DNA from: an uncultured Candidatus Saccharibacteria bacterium
GTDB taxonomy: Bacteria; Patescibacteriota; Minisyncoccia; Phycocordibacterales; CAIZLB01
Assembly: GCA_964460835.1 (NCBI GenBank)
Contig: CAYWQF010000001.1
Coordinates: 1-59,087 of the forward strand
Direction of reading: 5' to 3'
Length of the DNA stretch: 59,087 bases
Shown piece after piece: positions 1 to 8,930 of the stretch. The notes below the pieces were generated by a model. The model had not been told where the DNA came from, did no database searches, and was given only the letters and a program-made list of their open reading frames with translations. Numbering within the stretch: position 1 is the first letter of the stretch; the number at the start of each line of letters is the position of its first letter. A program made the position numbers and the translations under genes.

Positions 1-111
1 GGAGGTAATAAGGAAAAAAGACTCGCGCTTGTTTTGAGCGATTCAAAGTACAACAAGCTTTAAGGTTAGTCTTCTCGCAATTTTTTTAGCCTTAGGAAAA
101 CAGTAGAAAAA

Positions 112-588
112 TTATTGTACCAACACTCCTATCTCATGTCCCGCTAGCTCCTGCTCAGGTCTAGGACGACCACCATGCTTTTGCTCGAATGCGCTTGTGC
201 CATCTTTACCACAAAGCTTGAGTATATTTGCCGCACCTCCAGGATGCTCGTTTATGAAGCTTGTGAGGTCATATACATTGCCCCGTACAGCAGTCCAACA
301 GCTAGATGCGTCTTTGTGAGTAGATACTTGTGCCATAGTGTACTCGTTAGTGTCAGCGTCTGCTTGTGTCGGTCTATTCACAGATACACCTGCTGATACT
401 CCAGCTGAGGCACCACTAGCATCAGTATTTTTTGTTGTAGTTGCACTGCTAGGTACAGATGTATTCGCAGTTTTAGAGGGAGTATTGTATTCACCGTAAG
501 TTTCAGTATTTTTACTATCAGCAAAAAGTTTAAGACCAATAAAGCCAAGAATGGCTAATATAACGATGATTGTGATTGTTTTTTTCAT
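112..588 (-). CDS. membrane-anchored cytochrome b5-like heme-binding domain protein
   Basis: 158-aa ORF. N-terminal hydrophobic helix (ITIIVILAILGFIGLKLF), Ser/Thr/Ala-rich linker, and C-terminal YDLTSFINEHPGGAANILKLCGKDGTSAFEQKHGG with the HPGG heme-ligand motif of cytochrome b5 domains. Confidence 0.7.
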   Translation of the reverse strand: MKKTITIIVILAILGFIGLKLFADSKNTETYGEYNTPSKTANTSVPSSATTTKNTDASGASAGVSAGVSVNRPTQADADTNEYTMAQVSTHKDASSCWTAVRGNVYDLTSFINEHPGGAANILKLCGKDGTSAFEQKHGGRPRPEQELAGHEIGVLVQ

Positions 589-794
589 ATTTAAAGATTA
601 TATCACATACAGATATCGCTCAAGTATAGCGCTCACACAAGCCCATTTTAGATTGATTTGAGCCAAAAATGTGCTAATATTGGTCACATTGCGAGTCGGC
701 CTTTGGTTTAGACTTTGGCTCAGATGAGCCTAAAATCAGATGTGCCTAAAAAGGCGTGCTGTGAAAGGCACGTTATGGCCGACACAAAATATAT

Positions 795-865
795 TGCGAG
801 ATCGTCTAATGGTAGGACTACGGTTTCTGGAACCGTCTATCTTGGTTCGAGTCCAAGTCTCGCAG
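795..865 (+). tRNA. tRNA-Gln (anticodon CTG)
   Basis: Cloverleaf folded by hand: acceptor TGCGAGA/TCTCGCA with a U1:A72 pair, D-arm GTC..GAC, anticodon stem ACGGT/ACCGT with loop TTCTGGA (CTG), T-arm CTTGG-TTCGAGT-CCAAG, discriminator G. CCA is not encoded. Confidence 0.9.
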
Positions 866-935
866 CAGTCATGTGATAGACCGAGACGCCTCAAAAGGAG
901 GTAATTCGCTATCGAAACTTAATAAGTAAGTTAAA

Positions 936-2402
936 ATGTCAAAAAAACTCACAGAAGAAGAATTGAATTTATTGAAAGAATATTTTAAAAGTTTAGAGTT
1001 AAAGAATTGGCAGCTTTGTGGAAATCCAAACAATAGTGGAGGACAAGCTCAAGTACTTGAAGTTAGAAATATAAAAACTAATGAGATAGGCGTCTTTAGA
1101 GTTCTTCGTAAAATTGATGATAAAGAGTCGCAAAAATTAGAAATTAAAAGATTCTATAGGGAGCTCGAAGTGCTAAAAGCATGTTCTCATCCAAACATAA
1201 TTAAGTTACTCGACTATACAAATGATCAAGATAATCAGTGGTATATTTCAAAAAAAGGAAAGGACTTTAAGCTTTTTTGGGATAGTTTTGTTCAGGTAAA
1301 CATATATAATCCTGATGTTATATTAAATAAAGCAATAAAGATTGTTTCTTCACTTTGTGACGGTTTATCTGATTTGCACAAAAAAGGTATTGTCCATAGA
1401 GATATTAAATATGGCAATATTGTAATTGACGATGATGACAATCCAATACTTATTGATTTTGGTATTTCTTTTATAGACGGAGAAGAGAGGGTATCTGATA
1501 TGCCTGTTTGTAATATGCTTGGTATTGATGCTGCCTCAGGCTTAGATGGTGTTGTGGTTCCATGGCTTGATGTATTTTTACTTTCACAATTATTAATCAA
1601 AATGATAAGCGATAGAAGTGAGAAACAAAAAGCACTTAATGGCCCACGAGATTGGAGATTTGTTTCTTACACTGGTATTTCAGAATCAAACCAGCAAAAA
1701 ATAATTGCCATTACAGCATCGTGTTATAACAGATTTACTTCTCCAAAAAACGCCACAGAGCTTAAATCCTTAATTGAAAACCTCTTTAATAATGAAGAAG
1801 TTAAAGGTGATGATGAATTTAAAAAAAAGGTTAGCAAAATACAGTGTGTTTTGATGGATAATAAAGCCTCAGATATCTTGAAGGGATCGGAGGCATTTAG
1901 TTTGATTGAATCTAGGCTTCCTCTTTTGTTTTCTATTGCGATAATGTTTAAAGACGGAATTCTTAATATTTTTAAAGATTTAACACAGGGATTCGAAGTC
2001 TCGCTCGAAATTGATGATTTAGATAATAAAAAATTCTCTGAGAAATTTTACAAGCAATTTGAAAAGGAATATTTAGGGACAACTAATTTTCTCTATGTCA
2101 CAAAAAACGGAGTTAAATTATATTGTAGATGGACTCTTAGACTCTGGACATATGATTTAGCTGGAGGTAATAGATTAATTAATGTGCCTCATATTGAATA
2201 TGCTGTTAATGATTCAAATGATAAATTAGCACAAGCTGGACCCATGTCGATAAATCGCAATATTGTTCCAAGGGAGGATGGAAATATTGATGTTTATGAT
2301 GGGAATCTCAATTTGGTACGAACAAATTCGATTGAAGAAGAAATTAAGATTATAAAGGATCAGTTACTTGATGAAGGATATTGGTCCATAGCATCAAGAT
2401 AA
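936..2402 (+). CDS. Ser/Thr protein kinase-like protein with uncharacterised ~240-aa C-terminal domain
   Basis: 488-aa ORF. Catalytic loop HRDIKYGNIVI (HRDxKxxN), DFG motif (ILIDFGISF) and a Gly-rich N-lobe stretch (GNPNNSGGQAQVLEV). The C-terminal half has no motif I recognise. Confidence 0.75.
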   Translation: MSKKLTEEELNLLKEYFKSLELKNWQLCGNPNNSGGQAQVLEVRNIKTNEIGVFRVLRKIDDKESQKLEIKRFYRELEVLKACSHPNIIKLLDYTNDQDNQWYISKKGKDFKLFWDSFVQVNIYNPDVILNKAIKIVSSLCDGLSDLHKKGIVHRDIKYGNIVIDDDDNPILIDFGISFIDGEERVSDMPVCNMLGIDAASGLDGVVVPWLDVFLLSQLLIKMISDRSEKQKALNGPRDWRFVSYTGISESNQQKIIAITASCYNRFTSPKNATELKSLIENLFNNEEVKGDDEFKKKVSKIQCVLMDNKASDILKGSEAFSLIESRLPLLFSIAIMFKDGILNIFKDLTQGFEVSLEIDDLDNKKFSEKFYKQFEKEYLGTTNFLYVTKNGVKLYCRWTLRLWTYDLAGGNRLINVPHIEYAVNDSNDKLAQAGPMSINRNIVPREDGNIDVYDGNLNLVRTNSIEEEIKIIKDQLLDEGYWSIASR

Positions 2403-2501
2403 CGGTAAGACCGAGACGGGTCAAAATGATATACTACTAATCGCTAAGAAATCTTTATGGGATCTTACCACGAAAGGTTCTAGACCGAGGAACACAGCCA
2501 G

Positions 2502-3035
2502 ATGAAAATTAAAGATGAGCTAGATAATTTTAGAGACTACCTCTTTGAAAGAGATCATATTTCTTTGATTCTCAAATTGCACCTAAATATAGAGCAGTAC
2601 ATGGATTTAGTTATTGAAAGAACAGCTCCTATACCAGAAAAGATTCTTTCCTTTAAATTTAGAGATAAAGTGTATATATTAAATTCATTTGGAATTATTA
2701 ATAATAATATTCAGAAACATCTCCTAGAATTCAATAATCTAAGAAATAGATTCTCTCATAAATTTAAATATGTTTTAAATTCGACTGATTTGGATATGTT
2801 AAAAAAGATATATAATTATGAAGAGCCATATATTCCAGATAGTATAAAAGATGATCTAAATTTAGTCAGTATGCCAATTATTTCTAAAGCAGGTGGATTT
2901 TTAGCCGGATATCTTGGGGTGTTAGGTGAAATTGTTAAAAAAATAGAATTTGAATATTTTATTTCTAAAGAAAAACTTGAAAAGACAACAGGTATGTGGG
3001 GTGAATGGCAATCTGAAATAAAAAAGAATTTATAA
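2502..3035 (+). CDS. HEPN-like (Rx4H motif) protein, possible Abi/DUF4145-type RNase
   Basis: 177-aa all-helical-looking ORF with LEFNNLRNRFSHKF, which fits the Rx4-6H signature of HEPN nucleases. Very AT-rich. Lies directly downstream of the kinase gene. Confidence 0.5.
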   Translation: MKIKDELDNFRDYLFERDHISLILKLHLNIEQYMDLVIERTAPIPEKILSFKFRDKVYILNSFGIINNNIQKHLLEFNNLRNRFSHKFKYVLNSTDLDMLKKIYNYEEPYIPDSIKDDLNLVSMPIISKAGGFLAGYLGVLGEIVKKIEFEYFISKEKLEKTTGMWGEWQSEIKKNL

Positions 3036-3168
3036 ATTGAAACTTTGTTTTTGAAATAATCGTGATGCGTCGAAAGGGGAATTAGTATAATGACTAAAAA
3101 AGGACGAAGAAGACTGGACACGCAGTCGTGCAGTGAGACGGTAATATGTTACTATTGAAGTGTTAATT

Positions 3169-3993
3169 ATGAGCTACTATATTGACTTTATTAACATGGG
3201 TAAAATTAGAGAATGGCAGGATCTAATAGGTGCATTCATTGGTGCCTTTTCAGCTTTTTTCTTGTGGTGGGTATCAGAAAGATATACTAGATATATTCAA
3301 AGGAAGGATGATATATATTTTATACATAAATGCATTGTGGATCAGGTGAATACTCTTCTTGAAACAAAAAGGACTCTTTCTTTGTTTGTAGATGATAAAT
3401 TAACTAAATTCCTTCTTGATGAAGAGAAAGAGACCGACAACGCTTATTTGGTAGATATGGCTTTTTTTCCTTTATTCTCGACACGACCTTTAGTAGAAGA
3501 GTTTCAAAAGAAAACTACAGGAAGTGGATTTATTGATAATAAGATTTTGAGAGCTTACGCAGTATCACAAGATTTACCTCATATTATTGATGATATTAGA
3601 AAACAATTTGATTCCATTTTAAATTTAAATAAGGAAATGGTTTTTGGTAAATTTAACACACCCTCTATTCAGAGGGCTTCCTACCTCAAGCATTTAGTTA
3701 ATTATAAAGAGACTACAGTAAATCAAATGATAAATACAAATATCCCTATTTTTTTGAAATTGTTAACTGAGTGTTTGGTGGCCATAGAAGACTTAAGAGA
3801 TAGGGGTATTTTAAAATGGAAATTGAAATTTGACTCTAAATTCCATTTTTACTGGAATAAAAAAAGTTTTGAAGATGATAGAAATAAAACCTTTGATAGG
3901 ATTGAAAACTATTTCTTACCTATTGTTAAGGAGCGTTTACGAAAGATTGATATAGATTATAAAAACATGTTTCCAAATGATTCTGAGAAGTAA
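3169..3993 (+). CDS. hypothetical membrane-anchored protein
   Basis: The ORF is open from 3160 (GTG); the first ATG is at 3169. One N-terminal TM helix (LIGAFIGAFSAFFLWWV). No recognisable catalytic motif. Confidence 0.5.
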   Translation: MSYYIDFINMGKIREWQDLIGAFIGAFSAFFLWWVSERYTRYIQRKDDIYFIHKCIVDQVNTLLETKRTLSLFVDDKLTKFLLDEEKETDNAYLVDMAFFPLFSTRPLVEEFQKKTTGSGFIDNKILRAYAVSQDLPHIIDDIRKQFDSILNLNKEMVFGKFNTPSIQRASYLKHLVNYKETTVNQMINTNIPIFLKLLTECLVAIEDLRDRGILKWKLKFDSKFHFYWNKKSFEDDRNKTFDRIENYFLPIVKERLRKIDIDYKNMFPNDSEK

Positions 3994-4091
3994 ATATATG
4001 AGACATGTGAGGCTAATAATATGTACAGCAGTGAAACACCTCAATAATTCTACACACCCACAAATCAAGTTAAAACTGATATAATTTCCAT

Positions 4092-4631
4092 ATGAAAAAC
4101 CCCTTTGAATCTTTTTTAAATGCGTTAAATCCAATTAGGGAAAAGATTAAAGCCGCTGAAGAATGTGCTTTAGATCATGAAAGATTTAGGGATATATCTC
4201 AAAGAACTACAGACTTGGAAATCAAGATGCACAAGGGTGATATTTCGACATCTGAGGAAGAAGAATACCAAGAGCTTAAAAGAGAGCTGAATGATTCCAC
4301 TATTATTCTCCAGACATCAGAAGAGCTACGCGAAGCCTTAGAAACTATCGGAATCAATAAGGCTCAAATCAAAGATGTGGTTGATCATGAGCAACAACAC
4401 ATATTGGCGGCTGAGCAAAAAGGTGGAAAGAGCAATGGATATATCTGTACTATATTTAGAAGCTCAAAATCTCCAACTGGCTTTGGGGTGCATGTGTCAG
4501 TAGATATCGATTTACCAGAATCAGCTGATCAAGCAGAGAAAAATGCTATTTTGAGAGAAATCATAACCGCTCCCGAGCAAAATGGTGGTGAGACTTCCAA
4601 GGGGGATAGGTATATTTTAAATAAGATTTAG
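4092..4631 (+). CDS. hypothetical protein with HExxH motif (possible small metallopeptidase-like)
   Basis: 179-aa ORF. Acidic coiled-coil-like N-terminus, then VVDHEQQHILAAE (HExxH). The family was not recognised. Confidence 0.4.
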   Translation: MKNPFESFLNALNPIREKIKAAEECALDHERFRDISQRTTDLEIKMHKGDISTSEEEEYQELKRELNDSTIILQTSEELREALETIGINKAQIKDVVDHEQQHILAAEQKGGKSNGYICTIFRSSKSPTGFGVHVSVDIDLPESADQAEKNAILREIITAPEQNGGETSKGDRYILNKI

Positions 4632-4706
4632 AAGTGGTTGGGGTTCTGTCATGGTATGACTAAGGTGTATAATAATAGATATAGTAAACTAAAAAACTCT
4701 AAAACC

Positions 4707-5099
4707 ATGACCCAACCACCCAAAAACGAAGAAGAATTTAAAAATAAGCTAACCCCAGAGCAATACAAAGTGTTGCGAGAAAAAGGGACCGAGGCCCCAT
4801 TTTCTGGAAAGCTTATTCACCCTGACAAAGATGGTTTTTATAAATGCGCCGCTTGTGGCAACCCGCTCTTCAAAGCCGAAGCAAAGTTTGACTCAGGTAC
4901 AGGCTGGCCAAGCTTTGACGAAGCTATCCCCGGTGCTGTGAAAAATATAGAAGATACATCTCATGGTATGACTCGTACCGAAACAGTATGCACTGTTTGT
5001 GGCTCGCACTTAGGTCATGTATTCGACGACGGTCCAACAAAGACAGGAAAGAGGTACTGTATGAACTCGGTGTGTTTCGAAGATTTTGGTCAAGAATAA
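4707..5099 (+). CDS. msrB: peptide-methionine (R)-S-oxide reductase
   Basis: Two CxxC zinc motifs (CAACGNPLF, CTVCGSHLGHVF), GWPSF, and catalytic RYCMNS. The ORF track starts at a TTG at 4638. The in-frame ATG at 4707 follows a TGTATAAT box at 4666-4673 and gives the usual length. Confidence 0.9.
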   Translation: MTQPPKNEEEFKNKLTPEQYKVLREKGTEAPFSGKLIHPDKDGFYKCAACGNPLFKAEAKFDSGTGWPSFDEAIPGAVKNIEDTSHGMTRTETVCTVCGSHLGHVFDDGPTKTGKRYCMNSVCFEDFGQE

Positions 5100-5132
5100 A
5101 GATTGAGAGACTGTAAAATATAAATTATAAAA

Positions 5133-5660
5133 ATGGATAAAAATATCGATCAAAACATGAATGAAAACACTCACAAGAAAATAGTTCTAGCCGGAGGTTG
5201 CTTTTGGGGACTTGAAGACTTGATCAGAACTCAGCCTGGTGTCATATCTACAGAGGTCGGCTATACTGGTGGTAAAAATGAAAATCCGACATACGACAAT
5301 CATCCAGGGCACGCAGAAGCTGTGCAAATAGAATACGATCCAGCACAAACATCATACAAAAAGCTTTTAGATTTTTTCTTTCAAATACACAATCCGACTA
5401 CTCTAAATCAGCAGGGTAATGATAGGGGTACATCATATCGTTCAGCTATTTTCTATGCCAATGAAGATGAGAGAAAGCAGGGGCAGGATTTTATAGATAT
5501 AGTAAATGCTTCAAAGCGCTGGAAAGACCCTGTTGTCACCACACTCGAACCACTTGGAGTCTTTTATAAGGCGGAGGAATATCACCAAGATTACCTACAA
5601 AAAAATCCAAAAGGCTATACTTGCCACGCTATATGGTTTGATAGTTATTTAAAACAATAA
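5133..5660 (+). CDS. msrA: peptide-methionine (S)-S-oxide reductase
   Basis: GGCFWG active-site motif, [16 protein letters not shown] and YHQDYL, all typical MsrA blocks. Confidence 0.9.
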   Translation: MDKNIDQNMNENTHKKIVLAGGCFWGLEDLIRTQPGVISTEVGYTGGKNENPTYDNHPGHAEAVQIEYDPAQTSYKKLLDFFFQIHNPTTLNQQGNDRGTSYRSAIFYANEDERKQGQDFIDIVNASKRWKDPVVTTLEPLGVFYKAEEYHQDYLQKNPKGYTCHAIWFDSYLKQ

Positions 5661-5661
5661 T

Positions 5662-6126
5662 ATGACTACATATAAACACACTCAGATTGGTTATCTAATA
5701 CTAGGTGTCACTTTGATCACATTGGTGCTATTTGTATCTATATATATTACAGCTTTAGCAGAACCTCCGTCAGTTGATTCTGGTCCAAATCTTCTCGTGT
5801 CTACAATAATGACATTTATCGTTTTTATTCTTGCATCTTTTAGCACATTGACTGTATCAATAGATGAAAAATATATTCGAATCAAGTTTGGTTACGGTAT
5901 TTTTTCTAAATGTTTTTCAATGAGTGATATAAGCTCAGTTAAGCAAGTGAAAAATTGCTGGTATTACGGATGGGGTATACGTTTATGGCCCCGTCCATAT
6001 ATGTGGATTTATAACGTTTCCGGTTTTGATGCTATTGAGTTGACTATGAAAAATGGAAAAGTTTATCGTATAGGAACAGATGATGCTATAAAACTCTATA
6101 TGGCTATTAAGAATAATATTGTATAA
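5662..6126 (+). CDS. hypothetical two-TM membrane protein
   Basis: 154-aa ORF starting 2 nt after the msrA stop. Two hydrophobic helices followed by a small soluble domain. Confidence 0.5.
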   Translation: MTTYKHTQIGYLILGVTLITLVLFVSIYITALAEPPSVDSGPNLLVSTIMTFIVFILASFSTLTVSIDEKYIRIKFGYGIFSKCFSMSDISSVKQVKNCWYYGWGIRLWPRPYMWIYNVSGFDAIELTMKNGKVYRIGTDDAIKLYMAIKNNIV

Positions 6127-6811
6127 TAATATACATATGCACAATGAGATTTATCTATTGGTTCTGGCAATTTTAGATATTATATTTGTCTTTGTAGCAG
6201 CTAGAATGGGCAGTGCTAGACTTTTTGGTTCTGTTGCTTTAAATCTTATACTGATAAGTATTTTTGGCGCAAAATTTGTTAGTATCTTAGGTTATACAAC
6301 GAATGTTGGAAACATATTTTATGCCTGTGTATTTCTTGCAACATATTTTATTTTAGAACGTCAGAGTAAAAAAGAAGCGATTAATACTATATGGTTTGGA
6401 TTAGTTGTCACTACTTTTTTTATATTTTTTTCTCAGATTGTTGCCAATTTTATAAATCCAAATTCATTAGATGCCATTGATGTGGCGATGAAGACGCTAT
6501 TTTCATTTTCTATACGTGTTGCCATAGCAAGCGCACTTGCCTATATTTTTGCGCAATACATAAATATTTGTATGTTTGTCTGGATCAGGGATAAGACTGG
6601 TGATAAGTTTCTTTGGCTTCAGGTGCTAGGAGCCACTATTGTCGGGCAACTTATAGATAGTTGTCTCTTCTTTACGATTGCTTTTTTGGACATGTCTGGG
6701 GCTTTATTGCTACAGGCAATCATTACAGGTTGGATAGTTAAAATAGGAGTCATTGTATTGGCCATCCCTGCTTTGTATTTTGACAAAAGTCTTTTAAAAA
6801 ATAATAAATAA
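6119..6811 (+). CDS. queuosine-precursor transporter family (YhhQ/VUT, DUF165) membrane protein
   Basis: 230-aa polytopic membrane ORF. The C-terminal LGATIVGQLIDSCLFFTIAF block resembles the conserved VUT/YhhQ motif. Confidence 0.6.
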   Translation: MYNNIHMHNEIYLLVLAILDIIFVFVAARMGSARLFGSVALNLILISIFGAKFVSILGYTTNVGNIFYACVFLATYFILERQSKKEAINTIWFGLVVTTFFIFFSQIVANFINPNSLDAIDVAMKTLFSFSIRVAIASALAYIFAQYINICMFVWIRDKTGDKFLWLQVLGATIVGQLIDSCLFFTIAFLDMSGALLLQAIITGWIVKIGVIVLAIPALYFDKSLLKNNK

Positions 6812-6814
6812 TAT

Positions 6815-8854
6815 ATGAAGCATTCATGGCATGATAAACATGTAAAACAGACAATAAAATCTCTTTTTTTGTCTTTGTACGCCACCCTAGGAACTTTCTT
6901 GGTGTTTTTTGTGGTATTTCATATAAGTGGTGCATTCTATTTATCTAATTTGTCCGAAAAGAGTACTTATGAGTTTAATAAAGGGATTAAGCAAGATATA
7001 GATTATTTAAAAGATCAAGGTGATGCTGTCAGTAAAAATAATGAACTTATAACAGAGCTTGTATTACACAATCGAAATAATATTTTACCCATACTCGAAA
7101 AAGAGAGAGTTAAAAGAGGTATAGGTCTTATGGGCTTAGCTGATGGTAGTGGGGTAATTATAGGTAGAACAATAAAACTTGGTAGATATGGTGATAATGT
7201 ATTTTTAACGGCTCCAGCAGGTCGTGTTGTCCAAAGTGGAAAATCTGTACAAAGTATTGAATTAACAGGTTTTAAAAACCAGATTTTTATGACTACAGCG
7301 CGACCTGTTTTACAAGGTGATGCTATGGTAGGCGCCCTTTTTGCAAACTATTTACTTGATGATGAATATGCAAAAAAGTTTAGTCGTAAGTATTTTTCTT
7401 CAGGAGAAGAAGTGATTTTTTATACAAAAGATTATGGTGTGTATGGTAATAGTTTTTCCGATAAAGAGACTCGTACATTGATAGATTCATACTTCAATAC
7501 TGGTTCAAATTGGATAGTCAATGGTTTTACAGATCAAACTCTAGTCATAAAAGGACATACGTATCTTGTTAAAAATATAGTTTTTTCTGGTCTTGAAAAA
7601 AGTCCAGGTGGAGCGATTATTTTTATTCCACGTAAGGATGTGTCAGGTTTTGCAAATCTTATAACGGTAGTATTTACTTTATGTACATTTTTATTCTTTT
7701 CAATTCGTAGACATATTCGCACCAGATCTGAGGAGAGAGGTTGGCGTTACTACGTATTATCGATAGTTGCAGCAGTAATAGTTTCTGTCTCTACCACTTT
7801 TGTTTATTTTTTGCAGAATGTTGGACGTATACATATAGAGCATGTTCCATATACTATATATAATTCGACATTAAGTCTTGATCCAAATTCAGGGGTATAT
7901 GATGTCGGTCTTGATCAACGTTTGTCGATTATTGTAAATACAGGAGGAGAGGTAATTAATGTGGCACAAATAGCTTTAAAATTTGACCCAACAAAAGTTG
8001 ATTTTAAATCTATAGAAGTTGGAAGCTCAACCTGTGCATATGTTGTAGAAAATAACATTGATCGTATTGCTGGTACCGCTAGTTTTATATGTGGAATATT
8101 GGATTCTACATCAGGACAAGGGTTGATTACAGTTGCAGATATTATAGTTAAGCCTATAACACCTGGTACTTTTACTATCGCCTTTGATCCAGTGGAGACT
8201 AAAATACTTGCAAGTGATGGAATTGGGACAAATGTCTTACGAATAGCTCAAGACAGTAGTTATCGTGCTGATAACTTTATATTTTCACACGGCACTAGTA
8301 CAGCTACATCAAGTGAAAAATCTTTCGTGGTCTTCTCTATAAGTCATAGTAATGAAAGCCGTTGGTATAATACTAAGAATGCAGAATTTTTATGGAGAGG
8401 AGAGCCAGATGCTACTTATAGATATGCCTTCGATTCGGTACCAGATACTATCCCTACAAATAATCATATAATCAAAACAAATCGCATAAAAATTCCTATT
8501 CCTGGTGATGGTATATTCTATTTTCACTTACAATTGGCTTCAGGTGGTCCTGTTGTTCATTATCAAATCAAATCTGATAAGACGCCACCAGTTATAAATA
8601 CAATGCAGTCAAGTCAAGAGAATATTACAGTTGGTGATGTGGTGCGATTTTCTTTTGAGGCTGATGATGTCTCTAGTGGAGTGCAACGTAATTATTATGT
8701 AGATTTAGGCGGACACCTTTTTCTTCCTGTTGGCAAAGATCTTTTTGTACCATTTCTAGATGTAGGAGATCAAATCGTCACATTAAGAGTGTATGACAAT
8801 GCTGGAAATTATACTGATTATAAAAAGACTATTAATGTTAGGGATAAAAAATAG
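6815..8854 (+). CDS. large membrane-anchored extracellular protein (hypothetical)
   Basis: 679-aa ORF with an N-terminal TM, two further central TM helices, and beta-rich extracellular segments. No catalytic motif seen. Confidence 0.55.
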   Translation: MKHSWHDKHVKQTIKSLFLSLYATLGTFLVFFVVFHISGAFYLSNLSEKSTYEFNKGIKQDIDYLKDQGDAVSKNNELITELVLHNRNNILPILEKERVKRGIGLMGLADGSGVIIGRTIKLGRYGDNVFLTAPAGRVVQSGKSVQSIELTGFKNQIFMTTARPVLQGDAMVGALFANYLLDDEYAKKFSRKYFSSGEEVIFYTKDYGVYGNSFSDKETRTLIDSYFNTGSNWIVNGFTDQTLVIKGHTYLVKNIVFSGLEKSPGGAIIFIPRKDVSGFANLITVVFTLCTFLFFSIRRHIRTRSEERGWRYYVLSIVAAVIVSVSTTFVYFLQNVGRIHIEHVPYTIYNSTLSLDPNSGVYDVGLDQRLSIIVNTGGEVINVAQIALKFDPTKVDFKSIEVGSSTCAYVVENNIDRIAGTASFICGILDSTSGQGLITVADIIVKPITPGTFTIAFDPVETKILASDGIGTNVLRIAQDSSYRADNFIFSHGTSTATSSEKSFVVFSISHSNESRWYNTKNAEFLWRGEPDATYRYAFDSVPDTIPTNNHIIKTNRIKIPIPGDGIFYFHLQLASGGPVVHYQIKSDKTPPVINTMQSSQENITVGDVVRFSFEADDVSSGVQRNYYVDLGGHLFLPVGKDLFVPFLDVGDQIVTLRVYDNAGNYTDYKKTINVRDKK

Positions 8855-8930
8855 CCACTGACGCTTTATAGGTGTACCACTACTGGTATACTCAGCACTC
8901 TTTACTTTTAAATGCTAAAATATAGTCAAT

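Noticed and set aside
692-786. Second tRNA or tRNA pseudogene upstream of tRNA-Gln (shares the TTGCGAG start)
   Set aside because: There is no T-loop (GTTCRANNC-like) or D-loop consensus, and no 7-bp acceptor pairing in tRNA geometry. It is kept only as an unexplained structured element in the findings.
3090-3143. 17-aa micro-ORF (MTKKGRRRLDTQSCSETV) behind a TATAAT box between island genes 2 and 3
   Set aside because: It is too short, and there is no way to assess conservation here. The region is better described as part of the recurring GAGACG intergenic element.
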